A DNA stretch of 64,000 bases, filler included, from Octopus bimaculoides (lineage: Eukaryota), in assembly GCF_001194135.2 (NCBI RefSeq). It is 7 parts of 6 records of this genome, joined end to end, with 100 filler letters (N's around TTAATTAATTAA, not from the genome) between each part and the next. Parts side by side here need not be neighbours in the genome. Positions count along the whole stretch, not along the records: positions 11,430 to 43,042 come from NC_068982.1; positions 43,143 to 48,837 come from NC_068984.1; positions 48,938 to 55,884 come from NC_068982.1; 4 more parts are not named here. One strand, given 5' to 3'. The translations under genes and the position numbers were made by a program. Below the pieces are notes generated by a model. That model saw nothing but the letters and a program-made list of their open reading frames with translations. It searched no databases and had not been told where the DNA came from. How positions within the stretch are numbered: the stretch's first letter is position 1; each line of letters begins with the position of its first letter. Positions 37,921 through 51,460 of this stretch are shown in pieces.

Positions 37921-40454
37921 TTTACGAGATTACAAACAGGAAAACCTGTAAATATTTCTCCTTTTAGTTTTTCAGTACTCTGGGTTATTTCCTTGAGAAA
38001 ATCACTACCTTTGTCCAAACCTTAAACAAATTGCTTCATCGGTTCCTGCCTAATATGGAGAGTGAGATAATGATGTTTTCTCTTTCAACTAACGATTCAT
38101 TATTGATATCACCAGCCTCTACAGCTATCGTTTCCTTCCGAGGCTATGTCAATTTTTACCAGTGATCTTATGATGCATTACTATCACCAGGGTATTCTCT
38201 GAACTCACTTTTGATGTTCCAACATGAAATAAACCGTATTCAAGTCAAGAACAAATAGACCACTGATGTTCATGACAATTTTGTTCCTACTAGACAAATG
38301 AATGAGAAATTCATAGCAGTTTCCATTGTCCCAGAAAACATATTTCAGTCTTCGGGTGGAACTGTCAATAAAATATAGCAAATCATATGGTTGATAATTT
38401 GGTAGAGCCATTTGGGAAGAAAATCTAGAAATGTTTTTCCAGTACACAAGACCTTCATCTATACTGAAGTAAGGAAAAAGTGTCTCTTATGCTTTCCGAT
38501 ATGCTGTTACTTCGTGCTGGTACCATGTCTTTTCTTTTAACCTTCAAAGAATTACTCCAGCGGACTGAAACCGATGTATTGTATCAGATCCTTAAATCAT
38601 TATAATTAGTTTTTCATCAGTTTTAGAATCCAAGAACTTGTTTCATATTCATTTTCACTGTCACAATCTGTGGCACACATCAAGCTCTGCGTTTCTTCAA
38701 TGTACATCAGGCGAAGATCTGGCAGAGAGGTAAACACTTGTATGACATTTTCTTCCTAAGTGTTATAGGTTGCTTAGCAAATCCAAATCAAAATATTCCT
38801 ATATTGGAACAAGGTGCTCGCCTGCCTAACTTGCACTCTCCTCAGCTATGTGTAAACGCTTGAAAGATCAGATCGAGAGACAACTTCCGTTCTCGAACCT
38901 TGCCTTGCTAACTGATTTTTAACAGCTTTCTGAGACAGTACATGTGGAAGGGTTTCAGCCATTTGTCGTGGTCTTTGTAAACCGTCCAAGTTTCTCAGAC
39001 ATACACTAGCATAAGCGAAAAAATCCCTTGGCACACTTTCCCCTTGGTGGTCAGTCTAATGCTTCTCTTCTCCCACATTGAGCTTCCCTTCACAATACGT
39101 GTGTCGACTTCATCGTCAACGTTCACAGATTCGATTATATTAATTATAAAGACCTATTCAATACAATTATATTGCAATACAATTATATTATAATACAATA
39201 CAATTAAATTGCATTAGATTCAGTAAAGTTCAAAGTAATTTGTATTTCTTGCTACTCATTAGAATTCTCTAAAATAACTTGGAAAGATGATGAGTAAATG
39301 CTGTTGCATAACTGAACAGTATGTTGATTTCATGCATAAAAACTATTTCATATACTTACTGTTTAAATCGTTTTGTAAAATGTTTCGTCATGCTTTATCG
39401 ATGTGTTGCTGCCACCGTTAACTAATTTAATCATGAAGAAATATGTTCGAGAGTGATGTATAAGCTCAATATGAACTCTATGAAATCTATGAAATCATAT
39501 ATTTAATTTCTGGTTATGTAAATTTCTATTGCTTGCATTTGAATAACATTTCACATTAGTAATATCCCTATATGTAACTCCACACAATCTTCTACGTCCA
39601 ACAATCAGCGTTTTAGTAAATCATATTCTATATGTATAATGCTAGCCTCGTACAAGAAATTACTGTTACTTTGCAAAGGCTGAAGCTTTTGTTAATAAAT
39701 TAATTACGTGTTGCAGATGGATATACTGTTAATTTCTTTTAAAATGAAAACACCGAGGTTATTTAATAATTAAAATATAAAGGTTTTTAATATATCATTG
39801 TCCGCATTAAACATTTCCATTTTGTCGTAAGAAATGTTAAGTCACTCGAATTAGTCCATTAGGTTTTTAAAGACATGAAAAGGAAAATTTGCAACTGAAT
39901 TGAAATATTACAGCTTTTTATTTGAATTCATGTTTCCTAGAGTCTTTTGCCAATTTATAAATGAATCTATAAATGAATACGAGGTTGTATAAATTCATTA
40001 ATCCTCTGTTAAATATTTTCGTCATGCTTTATCGATGTGTTGCTGACGCTGTTAACAAATTTAATCATCAAGAAATATGTTATATAATTGCGATATATAT
40101 AGCAAGAGGAATCGGAATAATTTGGTAATAAATATTTACCTTTTGATTTTGCTACGCACACGAAATAAGCATATTATCAGAAACTTTTATTCAATTTCGA
40201 AGAATTGAATTGCTGCAAGCATATTTAAGGCCTTGTAATTTCTCAAATTAAAGCGTTTAATGTTTTAATATAAATAACTGTTTCTATTGAATATTAATAG
40301 GAAACATCAAGCTATGCAATTACTATGTTTCTATGATATCAGTGATTTATGATTTGTAAAATTAAAAGTAGACTACATATTTACTAAAAGAATGTTACAT
40401 ATTTCTCAAAAAATTTATAAAGCGTCTATAAAATATATGATATATATATATATG

Positions 40455-40600
40455 AGACAGCTGATGAAGGGATATTCCAAGGGGCTTTCCGTTTTCCTAT
40501 GTGTTCGTTCCGTTGTCTGTAGTTTATTGTTCTAACGTCCTGTACCCTGATATGCATGTATATACACATGTAGATGTAAGTATGTACATATATGTGTGTA
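40455..40600 (-). repeat. Dispersed repeat, same family as 18260-18415
   Basis: CAGCTGATGAAGGG...ACGTCCTGTACCCTGATATGCAT is the reverse complement of the family core. Confidence 0.6.
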
Positions 40601-41400
40601 TACATGTATATATATTCTTTGTATTATTACATTATTGAACGCACACGTCCTATTTTACAAGTAAGTCTACTATTATTCTGACGTGACTATCTTTCTATCT
40701 ATCTATCTATCTATCTGTCTATCTATCTATCTATCTTTCTATATATTTATCTATCTGTCTTCCTCCATCTTTCTATCTATACCTCTGTCCTGGNNNNNNN
40801 NNNNNNNNNNNNNNNNNNNNNNNNNNNNNNNNNNNNNNNNNNNNNNNNNNNNNNNNNNNNNNNNNNNNNNNNNNNNNNNNNNNNNNNNNNNNNNNNNNNN
40901 NNNNNNNNNNNNNNNNNNNNNNNNNNNNNNNNNNNNNNNNNNNNNNNNNNNNNNNNNNNNNNNNNNNNNNNNNNNNNNNNNNNNNNNNNNNNNNNNNNNN
41001 NNNNNNNNNNNNNNNNNNNNNNNNNNNNNNNNNNNNNNNNNNNNNNNNNNNNNNNNNNNNNNNNNNNNNNNNNNNNNNNNNNNNNNNNNNNNNNNNNNNN
41101 NNNNNNNNNNNNNNNNNNNNNNNNNNNNNNNNNNNNNNNNNNNNNNNNNNNNNNNNNNNNNNNNNNNNNNNNNNNNNNNNNNNNNNNNNNNNNNNNNNNN
41201 NNNNNNNNNNNNNNNNNNNNNNNNNNNNNNNNNNNNNNNNNNNNNNNNNNNNNNNNNNNNNNNNNNNNNNNNNNNNNNNNNNNNNNNNNNNNNNNNNNNN
41301 NNNNNNNNNNNNNNNNNNNNNNNNNNNNNNNNNNNNNNNNNNNNNNNNNNNNNNNNNNNNNNNNNNNNNNNNNNNNNNNNNNNGTATGTATGTATATATA

Positions 41401-42257
41401 CGAGGTGTAGTCAAAAAGTATCCGATCTTGAATTTTTTGTACAAAATAGTAATACGTGAACAAAATGCACATGGGTATTATGTGGCCGCGTCCTTCCTGA
41501 ACATGCGCAAAAATCTTCGTGTCTGTAGGTTGCGCCATTCGTCAGCAGTTACGCGTTGAGTAAAGGCCTGAAGAATGTGTGTGCGGTTTTTCTTTTTGAG
41601 TCAAGATGACCGAACGTATTCAGCAAAGATACTGGAGCAAATTCTGCCAAAAACTTGGTGATACAAAATTCCAGACTATCGAGAAGATTCAGAAGGCCTT
41701 TGGAGATGATGCTGTGGGATAAACACAAATAAAGGAGTGATACGACTGGTTCAAAGATGGCTGAATCTCAGTGAACAGTGATCCATGAATATGCACCACA
41801 AGGTCAGACAATTAACAAAGAATACTACCTTCGTGTAGCCGTGCGGCGAAAACGACCCAACCTGTAGGTAGCAAAGAACTGACAACTCCACCATGGCAAT
41901 GCACCCTTTCATTTCGCTCACGTCATCCAAGCATTCCTCGTCAAGTAAAATATATGACTTGTCCGTCAGGATTCCTGCTCCCTAGATTTGGCTCCGTGTG
42001 GCTTGGCTATTCCCAAAGCTCAAAAAAAGAAACCACTCAAAGGGAGAAGAGTTGAGTCAACAAAGGACATTAAGCAAAATTCAACGGCTCTACAGCATCT
42101 CAAAAAGTTATTTCCAGAAATGTTTCCAGCAGTGGCAGTAGCGCTGGTAGAAGTATGTAGACTCCCAAGACTTCGAAGGAGACTAAATCAAAATGGTGAG
42201 TTTTTTAATAGTACTTGTTTTCTGGCCAATGGTCGGATACTTTTTGACTACACCTCG
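41401..42257 (+). mobile_element. Decayed, internally deleted mariner with TIRs
   Basis: CGAGGTGTAGTCAAAAAGTATCCGA ... TCGGATACTTTTTGACTACACCTCG (25-bp perfect TIR). Remnants MTERIQQRY..KFCQKLG, HHGNAP.H, DLAPC..WLFPKL with stops. Confidence 0.9.
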
Positions 42258-42258
42258 A

Positions 42259-42328
<70 letters not shown>

Positions 42329-43142
42329 GATTATATTAATTCAGCCTCAGTATATTAATATGCATAATTATTTCATATAGGATTTTTGATAATTTTCAAT
42401 TTTGGATTCTGACTTCCTATTTATATGCAGCTGAGCAGCAATTTTCACAGAATCATTCAACTTATAAACATCACTTAATATGTAATTATTGATATTTTAT
42501 TTATATCTCCTATAGAGTTATAATGTAAATGTCGAAAGTGAAGCAAATGCATAAAGTTATAAGATTTATATTTTCCTTAGAATGTAATACCAATAAAATA
42601 GAAATAAGGAAAATTGCTATCGTTAAAGACTTCATCTATTCGTTAACAAATGATCGTACACCGTTAAATATTTGGAAATTCATTAATGACATGATTTAGA
42701 AGGTAACATTCTTCAAGTAGATTCTTTTACGAGATGTGATAAACTGAATCGCTTAATCCAGAATGATTTCTATGTAAATAGGGATATGTTTAATATGTAA
42801 GGTAATTCAAAGGTTTTGTGTTTGGATGTAGTATATAATCCTAATTGATCTTTGGCAGTTGCAGGTGTACTTTAGGTGATCAAACTATTGCAATTTATAA
42901 CTGTGGAACAAATAGCGGCGAAAAAAGAGCAAAATATATTTTATTTGAAGCATTTCCATACAATCAGACATTCTGCAACTGAAAATTGGGAAATGCTTAA
43001 AGTGGGAATGAAGCATATTAATGCAATATATATATATATATANNNNNNNNNNNNNNNNNNNNNNNNNNNNNNNNNNNNNNNNNNNNTTAATTAATTAANN
43101 NNNNNNNNNNNNNNNNNNNNNNNNNNNNNNNNNNNNNNNNNN

Positions 43143-43175
<33 letters not shown>

Positions 43176-43544
43176 AAAAAGAAAAAGAATAACTTGAGTG
43201 TGAAGAATTTTTTAAAAAGAATTTCTTGTTAACTTCTTTGGAGAACTTTCTCACATTCGTTGTCAAACAGATCTGAGGATTTGGGGTTTTTGATTCTATA
43301 TATGGGATTTTGGTGTGTTTGGGAGGGGAGGTGGTGAAGATCATGCTAGCACACATATTTATTTCCCTACATATAATAAACAAAAAATATATATACATTC
43401 CTGTTTCTCTCTCTATTTCTCCCTCTCCCTTTCTCGCTCTCTCTCCCTCTCCCTTTCTGTCTCTCTTTCTCTACATACACACACACTCATAAACATATAT
43501 ACATACATATATATATAATACAAATAATATGTGAGTATATGCAT

Positions 43545-43850
43545 ATATACGTACATGCCTACATCTACATGTATATATAGATGCATATCTGGGTACAGGA
43601 CGTCAAAAGAAAACGTGGACAAAATGAAAAACAGAACATAAACAGAGTACAGAAAACACACAAGCCACATAGAGATCATTTCCTTCATCAGCTGCCACCA
43701 TTCTAAAATTAAGCGTTTCGAAGAGTTAGGGCAGCATGCATTGTTAGAATGGGTCTTCCCGCAGAAACAAATTATATTTGTAACGCAGAGGAATATAGTG
43801 GTGAACAGAAAACACGACAATAAAATGAAACAGTGAAAATAAGTAAAAAG
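43545..43850 (+). repeat. Dispersed repeat, longest copy of the 18260/40455 family
   Basis: GATGCATATCTGGGTACAGGACGTC...CCTTCATCAGCTGCCACC. Confidence 0.6.
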
Positions 43851-44789
43851 GACTANNNNNNNNNNNNNNNNNNNNNNNNNNNNNNNNNNNNNNNNNNNNN
43901 NNNNNNNNNNNNNNNNNNNNNNNNNNNNNNNNNNNNNNNNNNNNNNNNNNNNNNNNNNNNNNNNNNNNNNNNNNNNNNNNNNNNNNNNNNNNNNNNNNNN
44001 NNNNNNNNNNNNNNNNNNNNNNNNNNNNNNNNNNNNNNNNNNNNNNNNNNNNNNNNNNNNNNNNNNNATGGATATACTCATACATACACATATATATACA
44101 TAAATACACATCCATGCAAATGCATATATATACATAAATACACATCCATGCAAATGCATATATATACATATAGACACATGCATACACACACATAGATATC
44201 TATATATGCATACATATATATATATATATATAAATATATATAAACCTATATGTATATACATACACATATATATACACACATACATAACTACATACACACA
44301 TATATACACACACCCACATAAATATCACCTCTAGTTGACATTTGGCAATGATGATGATGGTGGGTGCATGGGCAGAGGTGTGGGAGCATGTGAACTGGTG
44401 GGGATATTTATGTGTGGATGTGTGTGTGTATATGAGTGTGTGTGTGTGTGTGTATGCATATACATGTGTATATGTATGTAGGTATATATGTGTATGCACA
44501 TTAGTTTATATATATATATGTATGCATATGTATATATCTATGTGTGTGTATGTCTGTATCTATGTGTATCAATTTTTTTTTTGTATATATATGTGTGCGT
44601 ATATATATCTGTGCATGTGTGTGCATATGTATATATGTATACGTGTGTGTGTATGTAGATAGATATATGTGTATATGTGTGCATACATGTGTATGTGTAT
44701 ATATATGTGTTTCTGTGTGTAATTGTTGGGGTATGTCAAGATATGCAAGTTTATGCATATAAGATACGCATATACTTGCATATCTTGAC

Positions 44790-45475
44790 ATGCTCATTTA
44801 TACTTAAATGATAAACTTCTGGGAAGTTTTACAGATTTTTACAGTTCCAGTGATGGCTTGGATCTGTAGGCTTCAAATCAGCTTTCTCCTTTCCGGTTTT
44901 GAGAAGCCTAATTTCTCAAGATTGGTATTTAGGCAGTGTTACATATCCCACTGTTCCAATAATTACAGGTATAAACCAGAACTTGTAATATGGATAGAAT
45001 AGCAGTAGATTCCTCAATAGTTTAGCATAGGTATCTCTTTTTCACTGATCTTCAGCTTTATGTTAACATTTACTGATCAACTAATTTCCACAACTGTTGA
45101 CAATTTCTCTTCTCTATGCCAAATCATTATATCAGGTCTGTTGTGCTTACATTTTATTGAGGTTTTCACTGGGATTTCCCACCAGTACACCTTTATATTA
45201 AGAGTGACTATGGCTTCCACCATACTGTGGATTCTTATGTCTTTGTCTTTGGGGTTATCTTTCTGACAGATTTCAATTTATAATGTCCTAACTACAACAC
45301 CATGTCTCATCAATAGATAATACCGTGGTGACATTTTCAGACAACTGCTTATGATGTGGGTGATATCTTTGGTGTTAACTCTCCAAAGTCTGCTTCAGTT
45401 GTCACATTTTACTGCTTTTCCTGCATCCCTCTCCCTTTTGTGCATGAGGTATTTGGTTGATATTTCCTGTTCTTG
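44790..45475 (-). mobile_element. R4-clade non-LTR 3' fragment (zinc knuckle plus RLE)
   Basis: Minus strand KCDN*SRLWRVNTKDITHIISSCLKMSPRYYLLMRHGVV...WWEIPVKTSIKCKHNRPDIMIWHREE...LQIQAITGTVKICKT. Confidence 0.85.
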
Positions 45476-46610
45476 TATGCATGCATGCATATATGTATGC
45501 AAATATCCAAGCATGCATGCATTTATGTATGTATGTATGTATGTATGTATATATGTATGTATATGCCCAGTATGGAACTAGGAAGTCAAAAGTTCAAATG
45601 TTATGGATCTTGGATACATCTAATAGTTGTGAAAGGTCCCACAGAGAGCTCATCTACTTATCTATCTACAAACCAACTGACCAGCCAATCAACCAATCAA
45701 TCAATCAATCAACCAATAAATCAAGCAGTCAATCAATCACTACATTTTCAAACTTTCAGTAGCACTGTTCAAAGCTTAGTCTGGTTACCTTCGTTATTTC
45801 TAAGGGTTAAGTCTAAAAAGGAATGAATATTAAATGAGTTATCAGCTGTTATAGTGTGTATATATTTTAGTGGGTTGGGTGGGGAAAGCCTCTGTATATT
45901 TGTCTATGTATGTATGTATGTATGTATGTATGTACGTATAAGCAACACAAGTCAAGCATTCTGCACCAGAAGACATAATTAGTCATATTGAGCTAGGTTG
46001 TGTACACCTGCGACTATGAAATGTATTATGTTGAAATATATATGAACTGGAATCTTTTTCCTCTTTCTGACTCATTACCATATTGCTAACTCTGTCAACA
46101 AGTTAATATTTAGCCTATACCTGGAGCTATAAATCAGTAAAAACAAGGTATTAAAATACATTTTGAATTTTGCAACGTATTTATCATTTATTACTCCACA
46201 TATAGGTTAGATATAAACTTGCTGAAGTACTTTGCTGTAAGTTAGTTCTGTATATAAAGGATGAATATCAGCTTGATGCCATTTCAACATATTTAGGCAG
46301 CATAGTGGCAGATGTCATTATAGTATAAGAGAAATTGCTGCTTTACATTATTTAATTTATTTCAGCTCTTTGCATTCTGAGTTTAAATCACACAGTGGTT
46401 AATTTTACCTTTCATTTTTCTAAGATCAGAAAATAAGGAACCAGTCAAGATCAATGGTCTGGTGGAATTGAAAGACTGCTGGTTGGGATACTTATTTACT
46501 TGACCCTTCTGTTACTATATTTCTACTGAAATACACTGCCTTTGTTTCGGTTAAACTTTCAAAATAATGAATAATTTAATAAAATATCTTTGTCATTATT
46601 AAAATTGTTT

Positions 46611-46830
46611 AAGGCAGTGAGCAGGCAGAATCATTAGCGCAGCATGCAAAATGCTTAAGTGCACTCTTTTGTCTTTAGTTCTGCATTCAAATCCCACTGA
46701 GGTCAACTTTTGCCTTTCATCATTTTGGAGTCAATGAAATAAGTACCAGCTGATAATCACTAAGGTCGATGTAATTGACTAGCCTCCTCTTCCAAAATTT
46801 CAAGCCTTGTGCCTATTTTAGAAAGGTTAT
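46611..46830 (+). mobile_element. SINE family A
   Basis: AAGGCAGTGAGCAGGCAGAATCATTAGC...TCAAATCCCACTGAGGTCAACTTT...CAAGCCTTGTGCCTATTTTAGAAAGG. Confidence 0.75.
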
Positions 46831-48439
46831 TGAGCTTCTTTAGCATGAAATTTTGATGAAAATTTTTAATTTAAATCACTTTAAAACATAAATAGTACCA
46901 AGGCGTTTTTAGTCAAGCCGCTCCATAGAGCATAGGCCTTGACAACTTTTCTCCACCTCTGTTCTCAACTCAGGACTGTCGTTTCTGCTTTGTTCCGGTT
47001 AGATCCCTACCATTTATCTTGAAGCTGACTGAGAGAAGCAAAACATTTCTCACAGGTCTTGATGCTTTTGAACTGACATCAATGACTCTGGAACTTTGCT
47101 TTATTATAGGCAGAGCTGTTGACCCGATGCAAACCCAATTTTACCCCTAGAAAGAGGAGGTCCATATTAGTGTTGCCTCTATCCTTTGACCTGCCCAGCA
47201 TGGAAAACCTTACAAGGAGCTTGCACTTTGTTCGCATAGCTCTCAGGGCCACTAAGATATACAATCCACTGCATCACAACAAGGCCTAGCACCTTGTAGT
47301 GCTGAATAGAACGTCTTTTGATGGTTATTCTTTCCCCTTGTGTTCTGAGTTTTAATTTCTCCTTACCTGCTCAGATTCAATGTATTGTCCCGTGTAGCAC
47401 CACCAGCCATACCCTTCATTAAGGAGATGCACTGAATGACACTGCTCCCTTGCTATTCATGGTGCACCCTCAGATTTACAGTGATACACTTATTTCAAAA
47501 CTTTACTTTAGCATTATTACAAATTAGTGCCCACCCAGAATATTCTGAAGTACCCCCAGGCATGAAAGTCTGACAAGGGGCCTGCCACCAGCTGGCTCTG
47601 AACTGTTTTCATAGAAGTCCAACAGGCCATTGATTGGAAGATATCTTCCTTCAAACAATCTCAGAGATTCTGCCCCAAAAAGTCATGGGCACGCTCTACC
47701 TTCGAGTTGAATCAGGAAAGAAAGGTGGTACAAACATTTCTTGTACTTAGTGAATTTTGTTTGGCAAGTCTATATAAGTTCAATTTATCTTCCAGTTATA
47801 TAATATATATTCATTTTGCTCTGTATACCTTTAATTGTTTTTAGTTCATTCAATCTACATAAAATTACAATGATTTTATGTGCGCATGCATGTAGGTGTG
47901 TTTCTCTGTGTGTGAGTGTGTGTGTGTGTGTGTGTATGCGTGAGTGTGTAGATAAATAGAAAGACAGATATAAATATACACACATACAATGTATATTTAT
48001 GCATATTTGCAATATACAAAACTGAAATGTAGATAACTGCATGTGTAGATTGCATAGGTTACAGTGATGATGTAATTTTGCATAAAAGCCTTTCTTAGAG
48101 AAGGAAATAAGTGCACACACTAATACAGCTCCACACTAGACCACTACCACCGCCGCCACCACCACCACAACAGCAACATACACCACACTGCAATATGTGA
48201 GCTGAAATAAGGCATCTGTATGTGTGCAAAAAAAAAAATACCACAGTATGGTATGTATAAAGTTTAACAAAAAGAAAGAAATTATATGTGTGTGTGTGTA
48301 TGTGCACATGTATGTGGGGGGTATATTTTATGAGTGTGGGTATGTATATGTGTGTGTGCTTATGCATGTGCATAGTTATATGTATATAAATATATACTAT
48401 ATATATGTGCATGTGTGTCTATGTATATATCTGTATATG

Positions 48440-48837
48440 CGTGATGGTACGCTTGCACTAAATGAGGATGCAAAGAAAGAGGTCTGGAGATGCCACTACG
48501 ATAGATTGCTTAATAAAGAGAATGAATGGGAGGAAGAGAGCCTGCCGTATGTCGACCCAATAGAGGGACCAGCTATCAGAGTTGATAGTACCAGGGTAGA
48601 TAAAGCAATTAAGAGTATGAAGACCGGGAAAGCCCCTGGCCCATCAGGAATCACTGCAGAGATGCTCAAAATATCTGGCAGTGTTGGCTATAGCCTAGTC
48701 ACCCGTATTACGAACCAGGTGATACACGAAGGAGTCATACCCAATGACTGGTGTAGCAGCATCATAGTCAACTGCTACAAAGGTAAAGGGGACGCTTTAG
48801 ATACAAATAATTACAGAGGCATCAAGCTGTTAGATCA
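48440..48837 (+). mobile_element. RTE-clade LINE ORF fragment (pre-RT region), open frame running into a gap
   Basis: KEVWRCHYDRLLN..AIKSMKTGKAPGPSGITAEMLK..IPNDWCSSIIVNCYKGKGDALDTNNYRGIKLLD has the canonical KAPG / NYRGI motifs. Confidence 0.9.
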
Positions 48838-50439
48838 NNNNNNNNNNNNNNNNNNNNNNNNNNNNNNNNNNNNNNNNNNNNTTAATTAATTAANNNNNNN
48901 NNNNNNNNNNNNNNNNNNNNNNNNNNNNNNNNNNNNNATATATATATATATATATACGTTTGTGTGTATGTGTGTGAGAAAGAGAGTGTGCGTGTCTGTG
49001 TTTGTATACAATAAATACATAGTGACATTTGCAAATCGATATTCATGTACACAAATAGCACATTGCGTATGTATTTCTTTTCTTCTATACTTTTACTTGT
49101 TTCAGCCATTTGACTGCAGCCATGGAGCACCGACTTTAGTAAACCAAAGAGAAAAGAAAGAAACTCAGTACTGCTTTCGTTTGACGTTTCATATACAATA
49201 ATAAAATGTACATACATAGAAAATGACTTTAAAGAGAGTGATTATGAATGAATTTTGAAAGTAATACACAGATCATAACATGATCGAACTAAATACTCTC
49301 AGGAATTGAATCAACTGCAATACCACTTCTGCAAGATCAATAAAGAGTACTAAGAGAAGGTAATCTAATGATTTAAGCTCGCTGTTGCACTATAAAATGT
49401 TACAAGAACTGAAACTGTAAAAACCAAGCGGGTATCTCTCATGGATGCTCATCAAAGTATAATGCTGCTTATTTAATAATGATCAAGAAAACGGATAAGT
49501 GATTATCGTCTATTTCTTTTGTTATAATAAAACATTTAGTTGTTATTCCCATTAATAGCTGCCATTTTGAACCAACACAGACATTATAACAGAAGTATAT
49601 TCCTAAATGACAAAATGATAATCCAAATAAGCTTGCTGATTTATTGTAAATAGTGAGATATGCAACCAGTTTCATTTCTTCAAGCACAAAATATATATGA
49701 AAAAATTTCAGGTTATTGGCAAAGTGTGTTGGCATAAATGTGTAAATAGGGAAGGATACAAGGAAGGGAGGTGGTAGCAAAAGAGATTTTATGACGCGTT
49801 GTAATCACAAGAGACTTCCTCGAAATTAGCAAAAGAAAGCAATCATCAAAGGAATGTGTGCACAGAAAAATAAAAGAACTTCTTTGCAAAAATTAACTTC
49901 AAAGGTGTTTGCCGAAAACAGTATACACATGTACAAGCATACATGTATATGCACATACATACATGCGTGCATGCGTACGTATATATGTATATATATATAT
50001 ATATATATATANNNNNNNNNNNNNNNNNNNNNNNNNNNNNNNNNNNNNNNNNNNNNNNNNNNNNNNNNNNNNNNNNNNNNNNNNNNNNNNNNNNNNNNNN
50101 NNNNNNNNNNNNNNNNNNNNNNNNNNNNNNNNNNNNNNNNNNNNNNNNNNNNNNNNNNNNNNNNNNNNNNNNNNNNNNNNNNNNNNNNNNNNNNNNNNNN
50201 NNNNNNNNNNNNNNNNNNNNNNNNNNNNNNNNNNNNNNNNNNNNNNNNNNNNNNNNNNNNNNNNNNNNNNNNNNNNNNNNNNNNNNNNNNNNNNNNNNNN
50301 NNNNNNNNNNNNNNNNNNNNNNNNNNNNNNNNNNNNNNNNNNNNNNNNNNNNNNNNNNNNNNNNNNNNNNNNNNNNNNNNNNNNNNNNNNNNNNNNNNNN
50401 NNNNNNNNNNNNNAAGTTAACTTCGGCAGAATTTGAACC

Positions 50440-51460
50440 CGGGAAGTGCAGTGTCGCTCCCCAAAATAATTGTGGAGAGGATGGAAAAGAAAACGATCAC
50501 CTATAAGGTGTACTCGTTCAAAGGAAAAAAGGCAGAACAGGTGGAGGCAGAATTGGAAAAGGCGCTGAAGGAACGAACATAACCAAAGGAAGAGGATATG
50601 GGATAATGGTCGTCCAATTTAGGACAGTAGAGGAGGCGAGGAAGACGGCGAGTGTGGCGGTGAAAACAGAAGTAGTGCTTCTGCCCACATATCTTGGAAG
50701 AAAGACTTCCAAGGTGAGGGTAGAAGGAATTCCACCGGATATAGAAGTGGCTTGGATAGCGGCAGCTGTCCTTGTTGGAAGCGAGGAGGAGGTGGCTGTC
50801 CTTCAAGCCACAGAAACGGAAGAAGGACGGTGGAAAGGAAGGAAACTTAAACTCATTATTCAGGAGGAGGAGGGTCAACTGGAAAACTTGGCAGAGACGG
50901 TGACGTTGGGGGAAATCGTGGTGAGGTTGTGGGTAGAGGACAGAGTGCCACGTTGTTTAAGATGTGGCCAAAAGGGCCACATTAGAGTATACTGCCCTCT
51001 ATAAAGGACCATGGCTGAGGAAACAGTTGTGGAGACGGAAGAGAAAAGATAGGAAGAAAAGTCAGACGGAGGAAAGGAGGAATAGGGGGAAGAATGGAAA
51101 GTTACAGAGAGCAGAGGGAGAAAGAGAAAAAAAGAAAAAAATCATTGAGTATGATGTGGTACCCCAGTCTAATTCCATCTCACTTAATACCACTCAGACC
51201 CACCCTCCCCATACAGACACCAAACTCACCCATCCCATTTCGCCATAGGGGAAAAGGAAAAAGAAAGGACACCACAAAATTTAGAAGACCCCCCACCACC
51301 ACCCGGTGAAAAAGGTTACGAATGCATGGCGGGGAGAATGATGTCACTAAGTGATGGAGAAAGGAGTAAAAGGATTAGACTGAAGGGGGAAAAGGACTTA
51401 GGACCCAAAGGCGGCGAGTGGTGTTACTCAGTGCGGGGTAAGTAACACACTATTCTTAAT
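50440..51460 (+). mobile_element. Frameshifted gag-like ORF1 with CCHC knuckle (L1/Tx1-type ORF1), no ORF2 seen
   Basis: ORF 50606-51004 ends CLRCGQKGHIRVYC (CX2CX4HX4C). Upstream frame MEKKTITYKVYSF from 50481; purine-rich tail; ends at (TA)n. Confidence 0.7.

Noticed and set aside
38200-38600. Minus-strand SIDEGLVYWK resembling a piggyBac DDD motif
   Set aside because: Only one short motif; no TIR/TTAA or further motifs could be confirmed by eye.
43680-43790. CTGATGA and CGAAAC motifs in the 18260/40455/43545 family as a hammerhead
   Set aside because: The order and pairing do not give consistent stems I and III or an NUH; at best a highly decayed relic.
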